From Trichoplax adhaerens (taxonomy: Eukaryota; Animalia; Placozoa): 64,000 nt of DNA. The notes beneath the pieces were generated by a model. That model had not been told where the DNA came from, ran no database searches, and was given only the letters and a program-made list of their open reading frames with translations. The stretch covers positions 4,572,336 through 4,636,335 of the forward strand of contig NW_002060948.1 in NCBI RefSeq assembly GCF_000150275.1, read 5' to 3'. A program made the translations under genes and the position numbers. Shown here one piece after another: positions 27,401 through 42,400 of the stretch (the stretch's first letter is position 1; the number at the start of each line of letters is the position of its first letter).

Positions 27401-30400
27401 GTATTAAAAGTAATTTGAGCAACTGTTAGCATTCAATTTAAGCTGCATTGATAATAAATAAGATTTTCCTGAGTTTTTAACGTACGGGTTACTGATATTG
27501 TAACGACGTCAGTTACATTTCCAGCTGCGTTACTTAGATGGCATCGGTAAACTCCAGCTGTTGCAGCATTTGCAAAATTAACAGTTAGTACTCCTTGTGC
27601 ATTAGCTGAAAAATTTGATGGCAAAGGGCTATAATCATTCTTTGACCATGTGATCGTAGCTGGATCGGAACTTGATGAGCAAGATACGACCGTGCTTCTA
27701 CCTTCAAGGATAGTTACTGATCGTTCACTTAAGGCAATTCGAGGTCGTACTTAATAAATTAAATATAAATATTTTATTTATTAGTAAGCGTAATAGCGTA
27801 TGCTCCAAATTAGAAAAGTTTATAAATGATAATTTTAAATTATTACAGCTATCTGATTAGACTATATTTTAAAGCCTGAACTTCAATGGTGAACAGTTTC
27901 TAAAGTTTTCTTACATATTACGGTTATGCCGACGGAGAAGGTATTTGTTCCGGCTGAGTTAGATGTATTACAGTTATAATTTCCTTGCATCGATTTTGAA
28001 GCATTAACAATGAGTAATTCTTGATTGCTTTGGATTGCTGGAGCTAACACTCTACCATCAGTTCGACTCCAGATTGTGTTTGCAGCGCTAGTATTAGATA
28101 TGCAATGTATAACGAGATCTTGACCTTCCAAAACAGTATTACTTTTTGAAACATTAATAGAAGGAAACGGTATATCTAAATAAATTGAAAAAATAACGAT
28201 ATGTTCGCAATTACATACTAATAGAAATAAAAGAGACTTCAATAGCTATTCTCTAAATAAAATATTCCTTAGCTTACAAAAAATAGTTTGCAGCATTTAG
28301 AAGGTTCTTGATTATGACTTACATGTTACGTTTACATGAATAGATGCAGATTCATTTCCGGCAAAGTTCGACAATACACAAACATATTGTTTCTCATTGT
28401 TAGCAAACGCAGAAACAATATTTAATGAGCCATTGGTTAATTGATTTGCGTTGCTCGGTAATGGACTTCCATCGGAAGTAGTCCATTTCACGGAAGCCGG
28501 ACTAGTAGAGGATGCACAACTCAATAGTAAATTACGTCCTTCATCAACTTTAACATTGTCTGATGGGGAGACAACGATTATCGGAAAATCTACAATTTAA
28601 GAAAGAGTATTTCATTTAAGTTGTAGAATAGACGGGTATAATACAATTTTTAGGATTAAAGTAGTCTCTATAAATATGATATTATTAGGACCAGCAGTAT
28701 TGGAAATGTTACTAATATAGATTTTACTTCTAAAGGCGACGTTGCAATGTGTATGTTTATAATTTATTATCAGTAACAATGAGAGTAACATTATTGAAAC
28801 AAATTAATGGTCAGAAAGTTATTTTAAAGCGCAAGTTCAGTAGTGTAGCAGCAATAAGGCTGATTTCATTGTATAAATTTCAGAGAGTTAGTTTAAAAAA
28901 TTGTAAAGGCATTTATCAATAGAGGTATTTGTCGAATGAAGATAGACATATATTAAAGAACAGTAAGATTTGCGATTTTCTGGATTGTTTATGAAATCAG
29001 TTAGTAGATTTGTAGATTCCAAAGTAAGATTGTTCTGCAAAAGCAGCTTAGAGCATAAGCAAATATCAAAAATAGCCTCATTTTTTACGCTTACATATAA
29101 CGGTGATGTTAATACGAGCCGTATTTGAACCAGCAGTATTAGATACGTTGCAGTTATATATCCCCTCTATCGCGGATGTAGCATTGCGTAGACGTAATTC
29201 TTGACCAAACTGTACGGCTGGAGCCAAGGGTCTTCCATCAGCACGAGTCCATGTTACTATAGCACTGCTAGTATTGGATGCACAGATTGAAGTAAGATTC
29301 GTTCCCTCAATCATAATAATATCCTTTGCAACGTTGATGGATGGATAGGGAATAACTATAGATATAAAAAATTGCAATATGGCGATCAATTAACTAAGAA
29401 ACCAAATAGCCTAAGTGAGCTATTAGATAATTTAACTTTTGTTCTTGATGGATATATAGTAGTAGTGATAATTGCGGATTGAACAATTTTAAATAAAGTA
29501 TCAATCGGATAGCAATACTATATCTACTAACATAAATGGTGTGTCTGCGTATTTTTACTTGAATTGAATCGAATAAAATCCGAACTTACGTGTTACTGTC
29601 AGCTTTACAGTTTCTGACCGATTTCCAGCTAAATTACTTAGTGTACATATATATTGTTTCTCACTAGCTGCCGTAGCAGATGTAATGAGTAAGGTACCAT
29701 TCGAAAACTGACGGACGTTACTTTCAAAAGGACTATTATCAGCAGTTCTCCAAGTCGCTGTGGCAGGACTAGTAGCAGAGCTACAAGTAAATGATATATC
29801 TTTTCCTTCATCAACTATCTGGTTCGTAGCAGGAACAATACTAACAACTGGTATATCTGTAAATTTTGTTAAAAATAGCATTTAGTTACCGTTAATTAGT
29901 AAGCATTGAGAATTATAAATCCCAGGTATAAAAGGTTAGATTAAGGACCGTAAATAATTATGTAAAGATTAAATGCTACGATTTGTCAATGAATATATCT
30001 CGTCAAAGTAATATGAATTATATCAGCTTTACAAGAATAGAAATGTATCTGATCAATGTATTCAGGCTTTAAATTATGTTTATCTACAGTCTTCTGCATC
30101 AAGATTATCTCGCTATTTTTACGCTAAGCGAATTCAATATGTTTTAATGTAATATTTATATTTTTTAATTCTTACAAATAACTGTAATATTGATAGATGC
30201 AGTATTTGAGCCAGCTGTGTTAGTGGCGCTGCATAAATAGACTCCTTCTAGTGTTGAACTAGCGTTAGTCAAGCGCAATTCTTTTCCACTTTGTGTTGCT
30301 GGAGCTAGAGGCCTTCCGTCGGCGCGAGCCCAAATTACATTGGCATCACTTGTGTTTGATTGACAACTTGCAGTGAAGCTTTTTCCCTCAATTAAGATAT

Positions 30401-33400
30401 TATTCACGGATACGTTGATAGCAGGATAGGGTATCACTATAAAATTAATTTTAAGTTGAAATGAGTGAGATGATTAATAAGCAATCAGTCTACAGCTTGA
30501 CGAACAGTATATTAAATACTTACGAGTAACTACTAAGCGAGCCGTAATAGTACTATTGCCCGCAAAATTTGATAAAAGGCATATATATGCTTTCTCATTT
30601 GAGGCTATGGCTGAACTTATATACAAGGAGCCATCTGAAAGTTGGCGAATATTATTTTCTAACGCGCTGTTATCGGCTGTTATCCATTTTACCGTTGCTG
30701 GGCTAGAAGTAGAGTTGCAAAAAAATGAGATATTCCGTCCTTCATCCACAGTTTGATTCACAGTAGGAGCAATATAAGGCATAGGCTCATCTAAAATTGT
30801 AAATTCAAATTAAATATTTATTCTTCAGTGATATAAAAATTATTTTAGAAACTTTAATAAGTAAATTGACAGTGAGTAATAATTCATTGAAATTTAGATT
30901 ATTAAGTAAGTGTGCAATAAAAAAGGCAGGCTTTCTTTTTAAATTATTATGTACCTTCCATTTGTCTTGACATAAATTAAATTACCTTTCAATAATATGT
31001 TATAGAAGCATAGAACTTACTGTATATGTGTGCTGAAGACAGCACAGTTGTTTAAGTAAATTAGCAACCCTAATTAGAAGATCACATATTCACTAAAGTA
31101 AAAGCCTTACAATAATTATAAACTTGGCACCTGTACAAAGTCCTCTTGGGATATATTGGCAAAACGAAATGTAACGAGATTTATTTCTGCTATGCATTAC
31201 TCTAATATTTTACAGGCGTAAGCAATTTCGATTCTAATATATAAGCCGAAATTTAGAATACCAGTGAACTGATTGAGAAATTTCACTCTATAAATTTTTT
31301 TAATCGAAGCTAGCAGAAATACGACAATAGCGATGTATTCCTCGAAATCGATGAACAGTATTAAAATCAAATAGTAAGCACTTACAAACGACAGTAACGC
31401 TGATTGAAGCTGTATTGGAACCTGCAATATTCGATACATTACAAACGTAGGTGCCTGTCATATTGGCGTTTGCACTAAAAAGCCGAAGTGTGTTTTCAAA
31501 AACACTTGCTGGAGCTATTTCTCTTCCATCGGCACGAGTCCATACTACATTAGCAGAGCTGGTATTCGATGAACATGTGACTGATAAATTTTTCTCTGCC
31601 TTTAACAAGTTATTGGCAGATACGTCAATATACGGATAAGGAATTTCTAAGATTGAGAACAGCCGGTTAAACAGAAGAAGGAGAAATGTTATAAAAATTT
31701 AACTAGGCCATACCCGACCATCTCTTTCTCAATTAAATACCGTAATATCATAAGATCAAAAGCTAAATTTTGAAGTATAATTCTATCTTCTTAATATTTG
31801 CAAAGTTGACTTACGAACGACGGTTATTGATGCAGAAATCGATGCTGTACCAGCGGCATTCCTTAATGTGCAGCGATATCCTCTTTTATTAGTAGGAGTA
31901 GCTGAAATTATCGATAAGACCCCACCAGGTAATTGGCGTACATTGCTATCGAATGGAGAACCATCGACCGTCTGCCAAGTAATTTGTGCAGGACTACTAG
32001 TAGAATAGCACGTAAAATTTTGATCATTTCCTTCAATTAAAGAAACATTCGTTGCCGGGATAAGACCAATTCGAGGAATATCTATAAATAATATTTCGTG
32101 TTAAAAATTATCATTAGATCGCTAATGTACATAAACTTTTTAAATCAAATGAAAAACAATGAGGCTCGTTTAGCGAAAAATATTTGATTTGCTTTCATAC
32201 TCGTTCTAAATATGCAACTAACACTGTAATAATGTGAAATATTAAGAAGTAAGCTTTGCAATACATCTTTACCAACAAATAGCGCTAACATATGGTAGTA
32301 TAGCTAAGTATAGAATTATAATGTAATATAATTATTGGCCATGATCTGCGTAGCTTTCGATAGACTGTAAATCTCAATCTATGCAGCTATCCTACCAGAA
32401 TATTGATGGCTATAAACAGTGTGACGCTGTATTAATATTAGCACAAACGATAAAAATACGTGTACTCCTGATAGCTCTAGCGTGGTGTAAGGTCATGATA
32501 GTCATTCATACTGTAGCTAGTGGAGAATAATATATGCGACAGTTGGCACCGTGTCAAACTGTAAGTAATCAACCGAAAAATATTTTATTAGTTATAATTT
32601 GTGTATGGGACTTGCAAAATAATGATAGAATGTTGCTATACTAATTGTAACTACGGATACTGCTACGACTCTACGAGTATATAAGCAGGCAATTTTAAAT
32701 GATGTAGTAATTGTATCTGCAGTCTTTCTATCATTGCATTACGCTATATAGAGCAGTAAATTTTTGTATAAGACCATGTGCCGATTAATGAATTTCTAAT
32801 TTTCTACTAGCTATTGAAAGTTTTTGATCTTTTTGATCTGGTCTATATTACTATTAAGTGATAGAATATTTAATATTTACTATTGCTAGATCAAAGGAAA
32901 TTGTACCAACAGCTGCTTTGCTAGAGATAAAACATAGACGTATCAGTAACACGAGTGAATTCACTTACAAATACTAAAAACATTGTTATCAAGTACTAAA
33001 CCTAAACAGATTTAGTATTTTGAGTTTTAAGAGTTTTGTAAAGTAGCGATTGAACGATTAATTATTGCAAATTCTGAAATACTTACATAATATAGTAACA
33101 TTAACGGAGATGATATTTGATCCAGCAGTATTCGTTACATTGCACTCGTAGACTCCTTCTGTTGGTTGCCTGACAGACATTAATCTCAAATTTTGGTTAT
33201 TTTGTACCGCAGGACTTACTTGGCTTCCATTAGCTCGTCTCCATATTACATTTGCCGCACTTGTATTAGAGGAGCAACTTATGATGAGATTTCGTGTTTC
33301 CAGTACAACAACATCTTGAGTTGTGTTGATGACAGGATATGGTATAACTAAGAATGTACATGTATTTTTAAATTTTAGTAAAATGCTATTTCTTAATTAA

Positions 33401-36400
33401 CGAATATCATATACATTAATCAACGAAAGAGTGCTTACGTGTAACTGTTAAATTAGCGGTTGCTATAGTACTACCAGCATAATTTGTTAGTTGGCACTTG
33501 TATTGCTTATCATTAATGGCTGCAACGGAAGTAATGGAAAGAATGCCTCCTGGCAATTGACGAACATTACTTGGGAAAGGACTGCTATCGGCTGTACTCC
33601 AAGTTACATTAGCGAAACTAGTAGTAGATCTACATGTAAATGAGACATCGTTTCTTTCATCAATTACGACATCATTTGATGGAGAAATATCTACTATCGG
33701 GATATCTGCATAATTCAAAGAAGGAAATTAGTAAATAACTGAAGCTGCAACATACCTTAAATGAAGTAACAATAGACAATGTAGTTCATGAGTAACTGCG
33801 ATTGTTTACCCGAGTGATGCTACCTTCATGCAAAACTTGCTACAGTATAGAATTAATATCAGATGATACGGGACAAAAACTGACAACTTACAAATAACTG
33901 TAACATTAATAAAGGCTGTGTTTGAGCCCGCAGTATTAGATACGTTGCAAAGATAAGTTCCATCCAATTCTGATGTGGCATTAATGAAACGCAATTCTTG
34001 ACCAGATTGCACGGCAGGTGATAACACTCGACCATCGGCACGAATCCATGCAACATTTGCAGCGCTTGTATTCGAAGAGCAACGTGGTGTAAGGTTTGTT
34101 CCTTCAGCCACAACAACGTTAGTAGAAACGCTAATCGATGGATACGGTACAACTAAAGTCGATAATAAAAGAATAAATTGCTTGAGTATGTGATCTACTG
34201 TCGATGAAAAGATAATCAATTGATTAACATTCGTACTCATATTTCAAAATGCGTGAATATAACTATTACTACGCTCTATTATTCACTAGATACTGGTGAA
34301 GTTAGTTACTTACGCGTTACTGTTAAATCTATTGGAGCCGAACTATTTCCTGCGATATTGGAAAGTGTGCATGTGTATTGTTTGTCATTGTTGCTAGTAG
34401 CGGAACTAATAAATAGAATGCCAGTCGATGGCTCGTACACGTTGCCAGAGAATGGGCTATTATCAGAGGTCGTCCAAGATATCGCCGCAGGGCTACTAGA
34501 TGAATTGCAAGCGATTGAAATATTTCTCCCTTCATCAACTCTCCAGTTTGCTGATGGTACGATATTTACAATTGGAGGATCTGTATTAAAATTTCAATAT
34601 AAGTATTAAAAGTGGAATTATTGCATTACTAATCATAGGCATTATTGATGAGAAAAGTTGCTAGGTTAATTCGTTGAAATCTAATTAATAGGTTAAGTAG
34701 TTATGTACTATTAAATATTAATTACATTTTTGCCATTATAAATGCAATAACCTTAGAACGGCAGGTATAAAATTTTACTTACATACAACTATTAAAGTAA
34801 CATCGATACTGTCACTAGCGGCAATGTTGGTTAAATTGCATAAATATGCGCCATCATTTGACGATTCTGCAGCATTTATTGTTAAGATGCCATCACTTTG
34901 CTGGACATTACTAGCTAACGGAGTTCCATCTTTTCTTGACCATATTGCAGTTGTTTCATTTATGCTAGAATTGGATGAACATACTATCCTTGTTAGGTGA
35001 CCACTTACCGTATAATACACTCTGGGTGTTGATAAATGTCCTATTGGTGGTGCTATACAGGCGAAAGACAGTTAGCTTAGCATTTTATACAAGTTAATAA
35101 TAAATATGTATGGAAAGAGATTATTGAATGAATAAATATTAAACACAAACATGCCAGAACTAAATTAATTTGTTACACTTTCTAAATTATTGTATAAATT
35201 TTTATTCTAAAATCAAATTTAAATACGTTTTGGGCAATAGAATAAAAAGTGTTTTTAATACTTACAAACAATTTTGATTTGTATAGGTGAATCAATCGCT
35301 CCGGCAATATTAGTAATATTACAAATGTAAGATTGAGACATTGACGGAATAGTATTATAAAATTCTAGCATCCCATTTCCTTTATCTATGACGTTATTAG
35401 GCAAAGGTCGATCGCCTGGCAAATGCCATCTTACAGACGATACTGCGACGGTAGTATTGCAAGAGACAGTAAAATTTTTTCCCACAGGTTGCTGGACAAT
35501 CCGCGAAGGGTAAAATTTGACAATAGCAGGCGTATCTATATAATATTTCGAAATAAATCATGAATTGTATTTTGATTATAATTAATTAATCGTATTCTCA
35601 GGTAGGTAATTTATAACAGCAGTGAGTACTTTTGAAAACAATTATATTTCGATTAATAATGCTCTAACCTATGATCGATAAGGTAGCAGTTGCACTAGCT
35701 CTTCCTGCTGAATTAACTAAGATGCAAACGAAATCTCCGGTGTTATTTGTGGTTGAGTTCGTAAAGACGATAGTATCGTTGTTTCCAAGAAAGTTAACGT
35801 TGTCTTGGAATACTCTTCCATCTTTTCTACTCCATTCAGCCTTGGCTGCATCTGTTGATGATCTACATGTGAACTGTACGTCTTCACCAACTGCAGCTTC
35901 CGTATTAGTCTCAGGGGTAATCACGGCCACAGGTATAGCTGTTTATAGTCTTGACTTTAGAATTTTACTAGAAACTAAATGATCTTACAATTTTAAATTT
36001 GATCTTACCTATAACAATTAATTGTGCGTCTCTACTAACAGAACCAGCGATGTTATCTAGAGTACATCTGTAGCTGATTTGATTTCCTTTGTTTGCATTA
36101 AAGATCGTCAAGTTGCCATCACCTTTATCAATACTATTAGGCGGTAATGGACTTCCACTTGCTGTAGTCCATCGTATGCTAGCTGGTGAACTTGTTGAGT
36201 TACATATAAATGTTATAGCCTCCCCAATGTTAATCGTTACTGCAGAACTAGGCAAGATCTGTGCTTCAGGAATATCTATCGTAAGGTACAAAATTTTATG
36301 TTAGTGCAAAAATACCAAAAATAGATAGCAAATTGCTTGTATTAAAATAAGAGGGTAGGGCTGCTTTATTTGAAGGTTTAAAATTAATGTACGTATATTA

Positions 36401-39400
36401 CTTACGATGAACAGTTAAAACTGAAGTTGCAGAATCAGACCCAGCTGAATTTGTAATTAGACATGTGTATTGGCCGCTATCTGCAGATGTCGGATTGGTT
36501 ATGGCCAGTACTTCTCCATTAGTGCTGACAACAGTGTTACTCTGCAATGGACTTCCGGTGCTCCTAGACCATGCAATACTGCCACCAGTTGTATTTGAAA
36601 TGCAAGAAATATGTACCTTCGCTCCAGCAGCTACAGTTTGGCTCGTAGGTGAAATATGAGCTACAGGCGGTACTAAAAATTAAGAAAATATAAGAAATAA
36701 AATTTTAAAGAAATACTATTGCCATTTCAATGAATAGTATTCTAATTTGTTTCATGCAAGTTATTACGATTACTTTCATGTCCGTAACATGCTAATCTAT
36801 AAAAAATAGTTTTAAGTTCTTTTGATTTAATGAGTAAGAACAGGTAACTTAAAAGTTAATTCTATTTAAATGCATTATTCGGTTATAATATGGTATAATT
36901 ATATATGAATTTAACAAAACAAGAAGCACAATGCAATCTTAGCAAAGTTACAAATAGATCCTTATAGAAAAGTATGAATGGTATACAATATTAATAATAT
37001 TGACAGTATAGTAGCGATCAATGTTGTATAGATTGCAAAAGCCGTTGTAGATAAATTTTAGTATCGTGGAAACTAATGTGAAATACTATAATCCTAGAAT
37101 CCTAAAATCGCATTCTTATACTATGGACAGTAAATAGAATTGATGCAGTTTAAAAATTTTTGTTAGAGACTATTTGGCTCATAAACAGACTAAGAGTATA
37201 AGTAATTAAAATAAAGTAGTAAGGATTGCTCTTGAAATCATGATCTGCTGTTTTATAAAATTTGTTAGCTATATCAACGCAAGAAATTTGACTTGTTTAG
37301 AATTTTTCGTGAAATGCACTTGTCGAGAAAATTAAAAAGAGGTTTAATGCTAGCGGCTATCTTTGAGCTTAATATTGTTAGTGCATTTGAAAAGATTTTA
37401 TCTTGATATAGAATCTTTATATCTTGCTGTACTAGTACAGACTGTTGCAGTTGGAGATATATTATGAATCTATAATAGTGTGTATCCAGCAGCCTTTTAC
37501 TGATTGTGATGAAATAATATAAATAAAACCCTTACATATAACGGTTAAAGATACGATTATCAATCGTGAACCGGCGATATTTGTTAAAGTACATCGAAAT
37601 CCGCGTTCGTCACTTCCTATCGCACTTTGAATAATCAGACTTCCATTACTATTTTGTCTATAACGACTAGTTAAGGCAGCGCCATTGCTAAAGGTCCAAG
37701 TAGCCGCAGCATCGCTTGTATTCGAGTAACAGTTAAATTGAACAAATTCGCCTTGATTAACGGTTTGACTTACGGATGGTATCACAATTGGATATGGTCG
37801 TACTAGTATGAGATAGATTTTAGTATTTTAAAATTTATGTAGCTGTTCCTCATATACATGAATGAAAAGATACATTATTCAACATCGTACCTATGACGAA
37901 AAGTTCTGTAATAGCACTATCTTCACCAGCCTGGTTACGAACCGTACATCGATATTGGCCTCTCATAGAATAATCGATGCTAGACAAACCCAAAATACCA
38001 TTAGTAATAATAGAACTACTCGGTAAGTTATTGCCATCAACTCTACTCCAAGTAATATTGCCAGGACTACTAGTGGAGTTGCAGAAGAAAGAGGCTTTTG
38101 CAGTTTCTGCTGTAGTTTGATTTCGTAGGCTTACAAACGCTACGGGTGGATCTAAATAATTGATTATGGATAAGCTTGTTTTATATCTCCAGCAAATGTT
38201 CATGAATCGTGCTGGTCTATTTTTGGTACTAATTAAACCTAATTCTGACGACTGATGTTAGCGTAATTATAGGCTCATAAGTGTAAAGCTCTTTCTTCAC
38301 TTACAAATGACAATCACCGACATCGTTGCTTGATTAACTCCAGCAATATTAGCCACAATACAAACATACCGCCTGTTATTCTCGCTAGCAGCCACAATAA
38401 TTTCCAAATTGCCTGAATTTTGTTCAACCTCATTACGGAATGGTGTGTTATCTGCTCGTCTCCACCTAACCGTGGCTTGACTAGTGTTAGAATAACACCG
38501 AATTGTAGTATTCTGGCCAGCAGTAATTGCAATCGCGTTTGATGGCGAAATTACAGCAAGTGGTTGGCCTAATTTCAAAGTAAACAATTAGTGAAAGTTA
38601 TGAGTATAAGTTACTAATCTCAATTGGTTCATAAAAATAAAAAAATTGAAGATTCAGGTAATCTTATAAAAACTTTGACATCTATTTGACGAATAATGAG
38701 ACACTCAATCGGCTTAAGATTATTTAAATGTCGTAACATTTTTCTAGAATTATTCTTACCTATTACATTTATAAATGTTATACCAGTATTTGATCCAAAT
38801 GAATTTGTGATGTTGCAAACATATTCTCCAGAATCCTGTTGACTAGCTGATGTAATAACTAAATTGTTGTTCGAATCCTGATTTATATTACTGGGTAATT
38901 GGCTAGCCCCGGCTTTGTACCAGGTAATTTGACCTGGACTAGTGACTGATGCACATGAAAATGTTCTGTTTGCACCTTCTACTATACTACCGTTTATTGG
39001 AGATATTCTTACTTCTGGAAGCACTATAAATGTTAAAAATAATTTCAAATCAGTAAAATACTTAAAATAATATAAATATGTTATCGTAGCTTCTGTAATT
39101 AAAATATCTATAATATTGCATTTATTATTTGAAATAATTTACCAACAACAATTAATCTTGCAGTTATTCTCGTCATTCCAGCAATATTCCCCAAAGAGCA
39201 AATGAAACTAGCATTATTAGTTCTTGCCGCTGAAGTAAAAGTCAGCGAGCCCGAACCGTCTACGATGACATTACTTCCTAGTGCACCGCCATCACTTCTT
39301 GACCATATGACGCTGGCGTTACTTGAGTTTGAATAGCAGTTAAAACTGGCATTTCCTCCTTCGTTAACTTGAATTGTTGTAAAAGGCTTGATGACAGGGA

Positions 39401-42400
39401 CAGGTAACGCTAATTTTGAAATATACAATCATCAGCTTTTATAATTAACTTTAACATCTGCTGGAACTAATTCATATCTTATTGATTGAAATCTCGTCAA
39501 GTTTACATTACTGCTACTTTTGCTTTTGTACATACCAACAATGGTTACAGTAGAAGTAGTAGAGCTTTGACCTGCAGGATTTACAGTAGTACACCGATAT
39601 ACACCGCTGTTTTCTCGTGTCGACGCATTAAGACTTAAAACTCCATCTGGTGATATGGCTGCAGAATTTGGAAGAGTCCCGTCATCTCGACTCCAAGTAA
39701 TATTAACTCTATCAGGGCCGGTTGCGGAATTAATTGTAGAAGAACACTGAACCTGAATAATTGTACTGCTTTCCGCAATATTAACGGCAGTAGGATTTAC
39801 AGCTGCTTGAGGGGGTACTATCATAAAAAATCAAGTGAACATTAGCCAGTAAATAAATAGCAATGCAGCCTTTTACAAATTGCTACTTTAATAAGCTACA
39901 CAAAGATATTTACCTATCACAAACAAAGTCACATTTTTCGAATCTCTTCCGGCGGTATTATTTAAATTACAAGTGTAACTTCCGGAATCGCTAGATTGAG
40001 CCGAAATTATATTTAGTACTCCATTATCAGTGTGTCTTGCATTGCCCAAGAGCAGATTGCTGCCTGTGGTAAGCCAAATAATATCCGCTGGACTTGTAGT
40101 AGAACTGCATGCAAATGAAACGTTGCTATTTTGATTGACTATAAGATTACTTGGAGTAATTTGAACGACCGGAATTACTAGATAAACAAGAGGTAGTTAT
40201 TAGAATTAGGAATCTTAAATAGTTCTAGAATACTTGATAGTGGTATTCTCTAAGAAGACAAATATTATTTCGATCCTAATAAATACACGTCTTCTCTAGT
40301 CCTGATTAACTTACGAGTAACAGACAAATTTCCAACAGCAGTGATGTTCGCTGCTCGATTCGATACCACACAAACATATCTTCCTTCATCTACAGCATTC
40401 GCTGATCTGATTATTAGCGTACCATTAGGGTAAGTAATGGTATTATTTGGTAATGGACTTCCATCGATCTTTGTCCAACGAAATGCAACACCAGATGTTG
40501 TTGACGAGCAGTCGAATTGACCTACTGTATTTTGATTAATTACTTGAGCTGGTGGTCTTATTATAACGTTCTTTGGAATTTCTGGAAATGAATCAAGGTA
40601 GATTTTTTACTAAATTGGAATTGATTACTATGCTATTAAATCGGTTTTTTTTCTCACCTAGAACTTCTAAATAGGCTATTGCTACAACAGTACCCACTGC
40701 ATTTGTTAAATTGCACTGGTAGGCCTTTTCATCTGACAATTGGATTGCACCAATTGTCATTGATCCATCAGAAGCCGTAATTATCCTGCTGTTATTGATA
40801 TTAACCCATGTAGCATTGGCCGCACTACCTGAAGACCTACATGTAAATTTGGCATTTTCGCCTTCAACGATGGATATATTGAATGCTGGTAGAATTGATG
40901 GCGTAGGTAAATCTGTGAAAATAAACTGTCTTGTATTAGCTAAAAATAGGTGAATACTGATTAATTCTTTACGGCTAGGATGTTTTCGTAAAACATTAAT
41001 AGCAAGTCCATCTAAACTATACCATTCTTGATGACTTTAGAAGTAGCTTGTGATGTTCCTTCAGTATTATTAGCTTGACATATATAAGTATCAATATCTT
41101 CATCTTTAAGGAACGGAATGATAAAGATGCTCGAGGAATTGCTATTGGAAGGAACGGATTGCAATGCTTGACCACTTAATCTTTTCCACGATATTACAGC
41201 TACAGGCGAGGCTGCAATATGACAAGTAAGGGTAACTGATGATCCTCCTTGAGCAGTAATAGAATCAGGCACGACCTTAACAAAGGGCTTGAAATTTCCT
41301 AAACAACAGCGAAGGAAAAACATTATTTTCTCATTGACTTTTATTTATTCCATGGTAATAACTACGGCAAAACCAATATTTTTCCTGGCTCTATTAGATA
41401 CCTGGGTCAACAGCTAATGTAGCAACAACATTTCTTTCTCCAGCAGCGTTCCTAGCTGTACAAGTATACGTAGCAGCATCATCAACAGTAGCTGGATTAA
41501 GATGAAAGGATCCCGAAGTTGGATTAACTTGTAAAAATGGCGACAAATTTTCAGACCGTGACCAAGAATAAGTGATTGGTTGATATCCAGATGCACTGCA
41601 TGTGAAATTGGCTTGATTTCCCGCTGTAACCCGTAAACTTTTAGGTGTTATAGTAGGTTTTGGCGTTCCTTTAGCTGATATTTCGGATGAAGGATTCCCG
41701 ATACGATGAAAATTGTTATAAATAATGTGAAAAAAGATTCGTCTATTTAATATTTAAGGTAATCTGAAGATTTAAGTTTTCTAACCTCTGGCAATTACAT
41801 GGGTACTATCCCAAGCCAGCCCTTCAGGACTAAATCCGCTACAGTTATAAGTCCTATTCTGGATTTTAATCTGATTGAATATCAGATCGATTCTTTTGAA
41901 GCCGATTCTTTGGATATTAACAGTTTTTGATAGATTGGAACCATCAGTAGCAGACCACTGTAGGGTAGGTGGAGGATTACCGGAACAATTGCATACAATT
42001 TGAACTCTGTCATCTTCGTTTACGTCCAAGCTAGTAGGTTGTACACTAACTTGGGGCGGGGTGGGTACTATATCAACATACCAAACACAAATTGTAGTAT
42101 GTGTTAAATTACAAGAGTTTAAATTTTCATTAAGATCACTCATATTGTGTAACATTCATATATTGAGAGGTAGAAAAACTTTAAATTTATTAATAGACCA
42201 AGCTAAACGTAAATCATCTTTCATACCCCCAAAGATTATAAAGCCGTATGCTAATGCAGTACTCCATCGATTAGATGAAAAGCATTTGTACTCTCCAGAA
42301 TCTAACTCCGTTCCATTCCGGATTTCTACAACACCAAATCTGTCAATGAATTGAGATGGCAAAGGTTCATTTTCTCGACCACGACTCCATGCTATAACGT

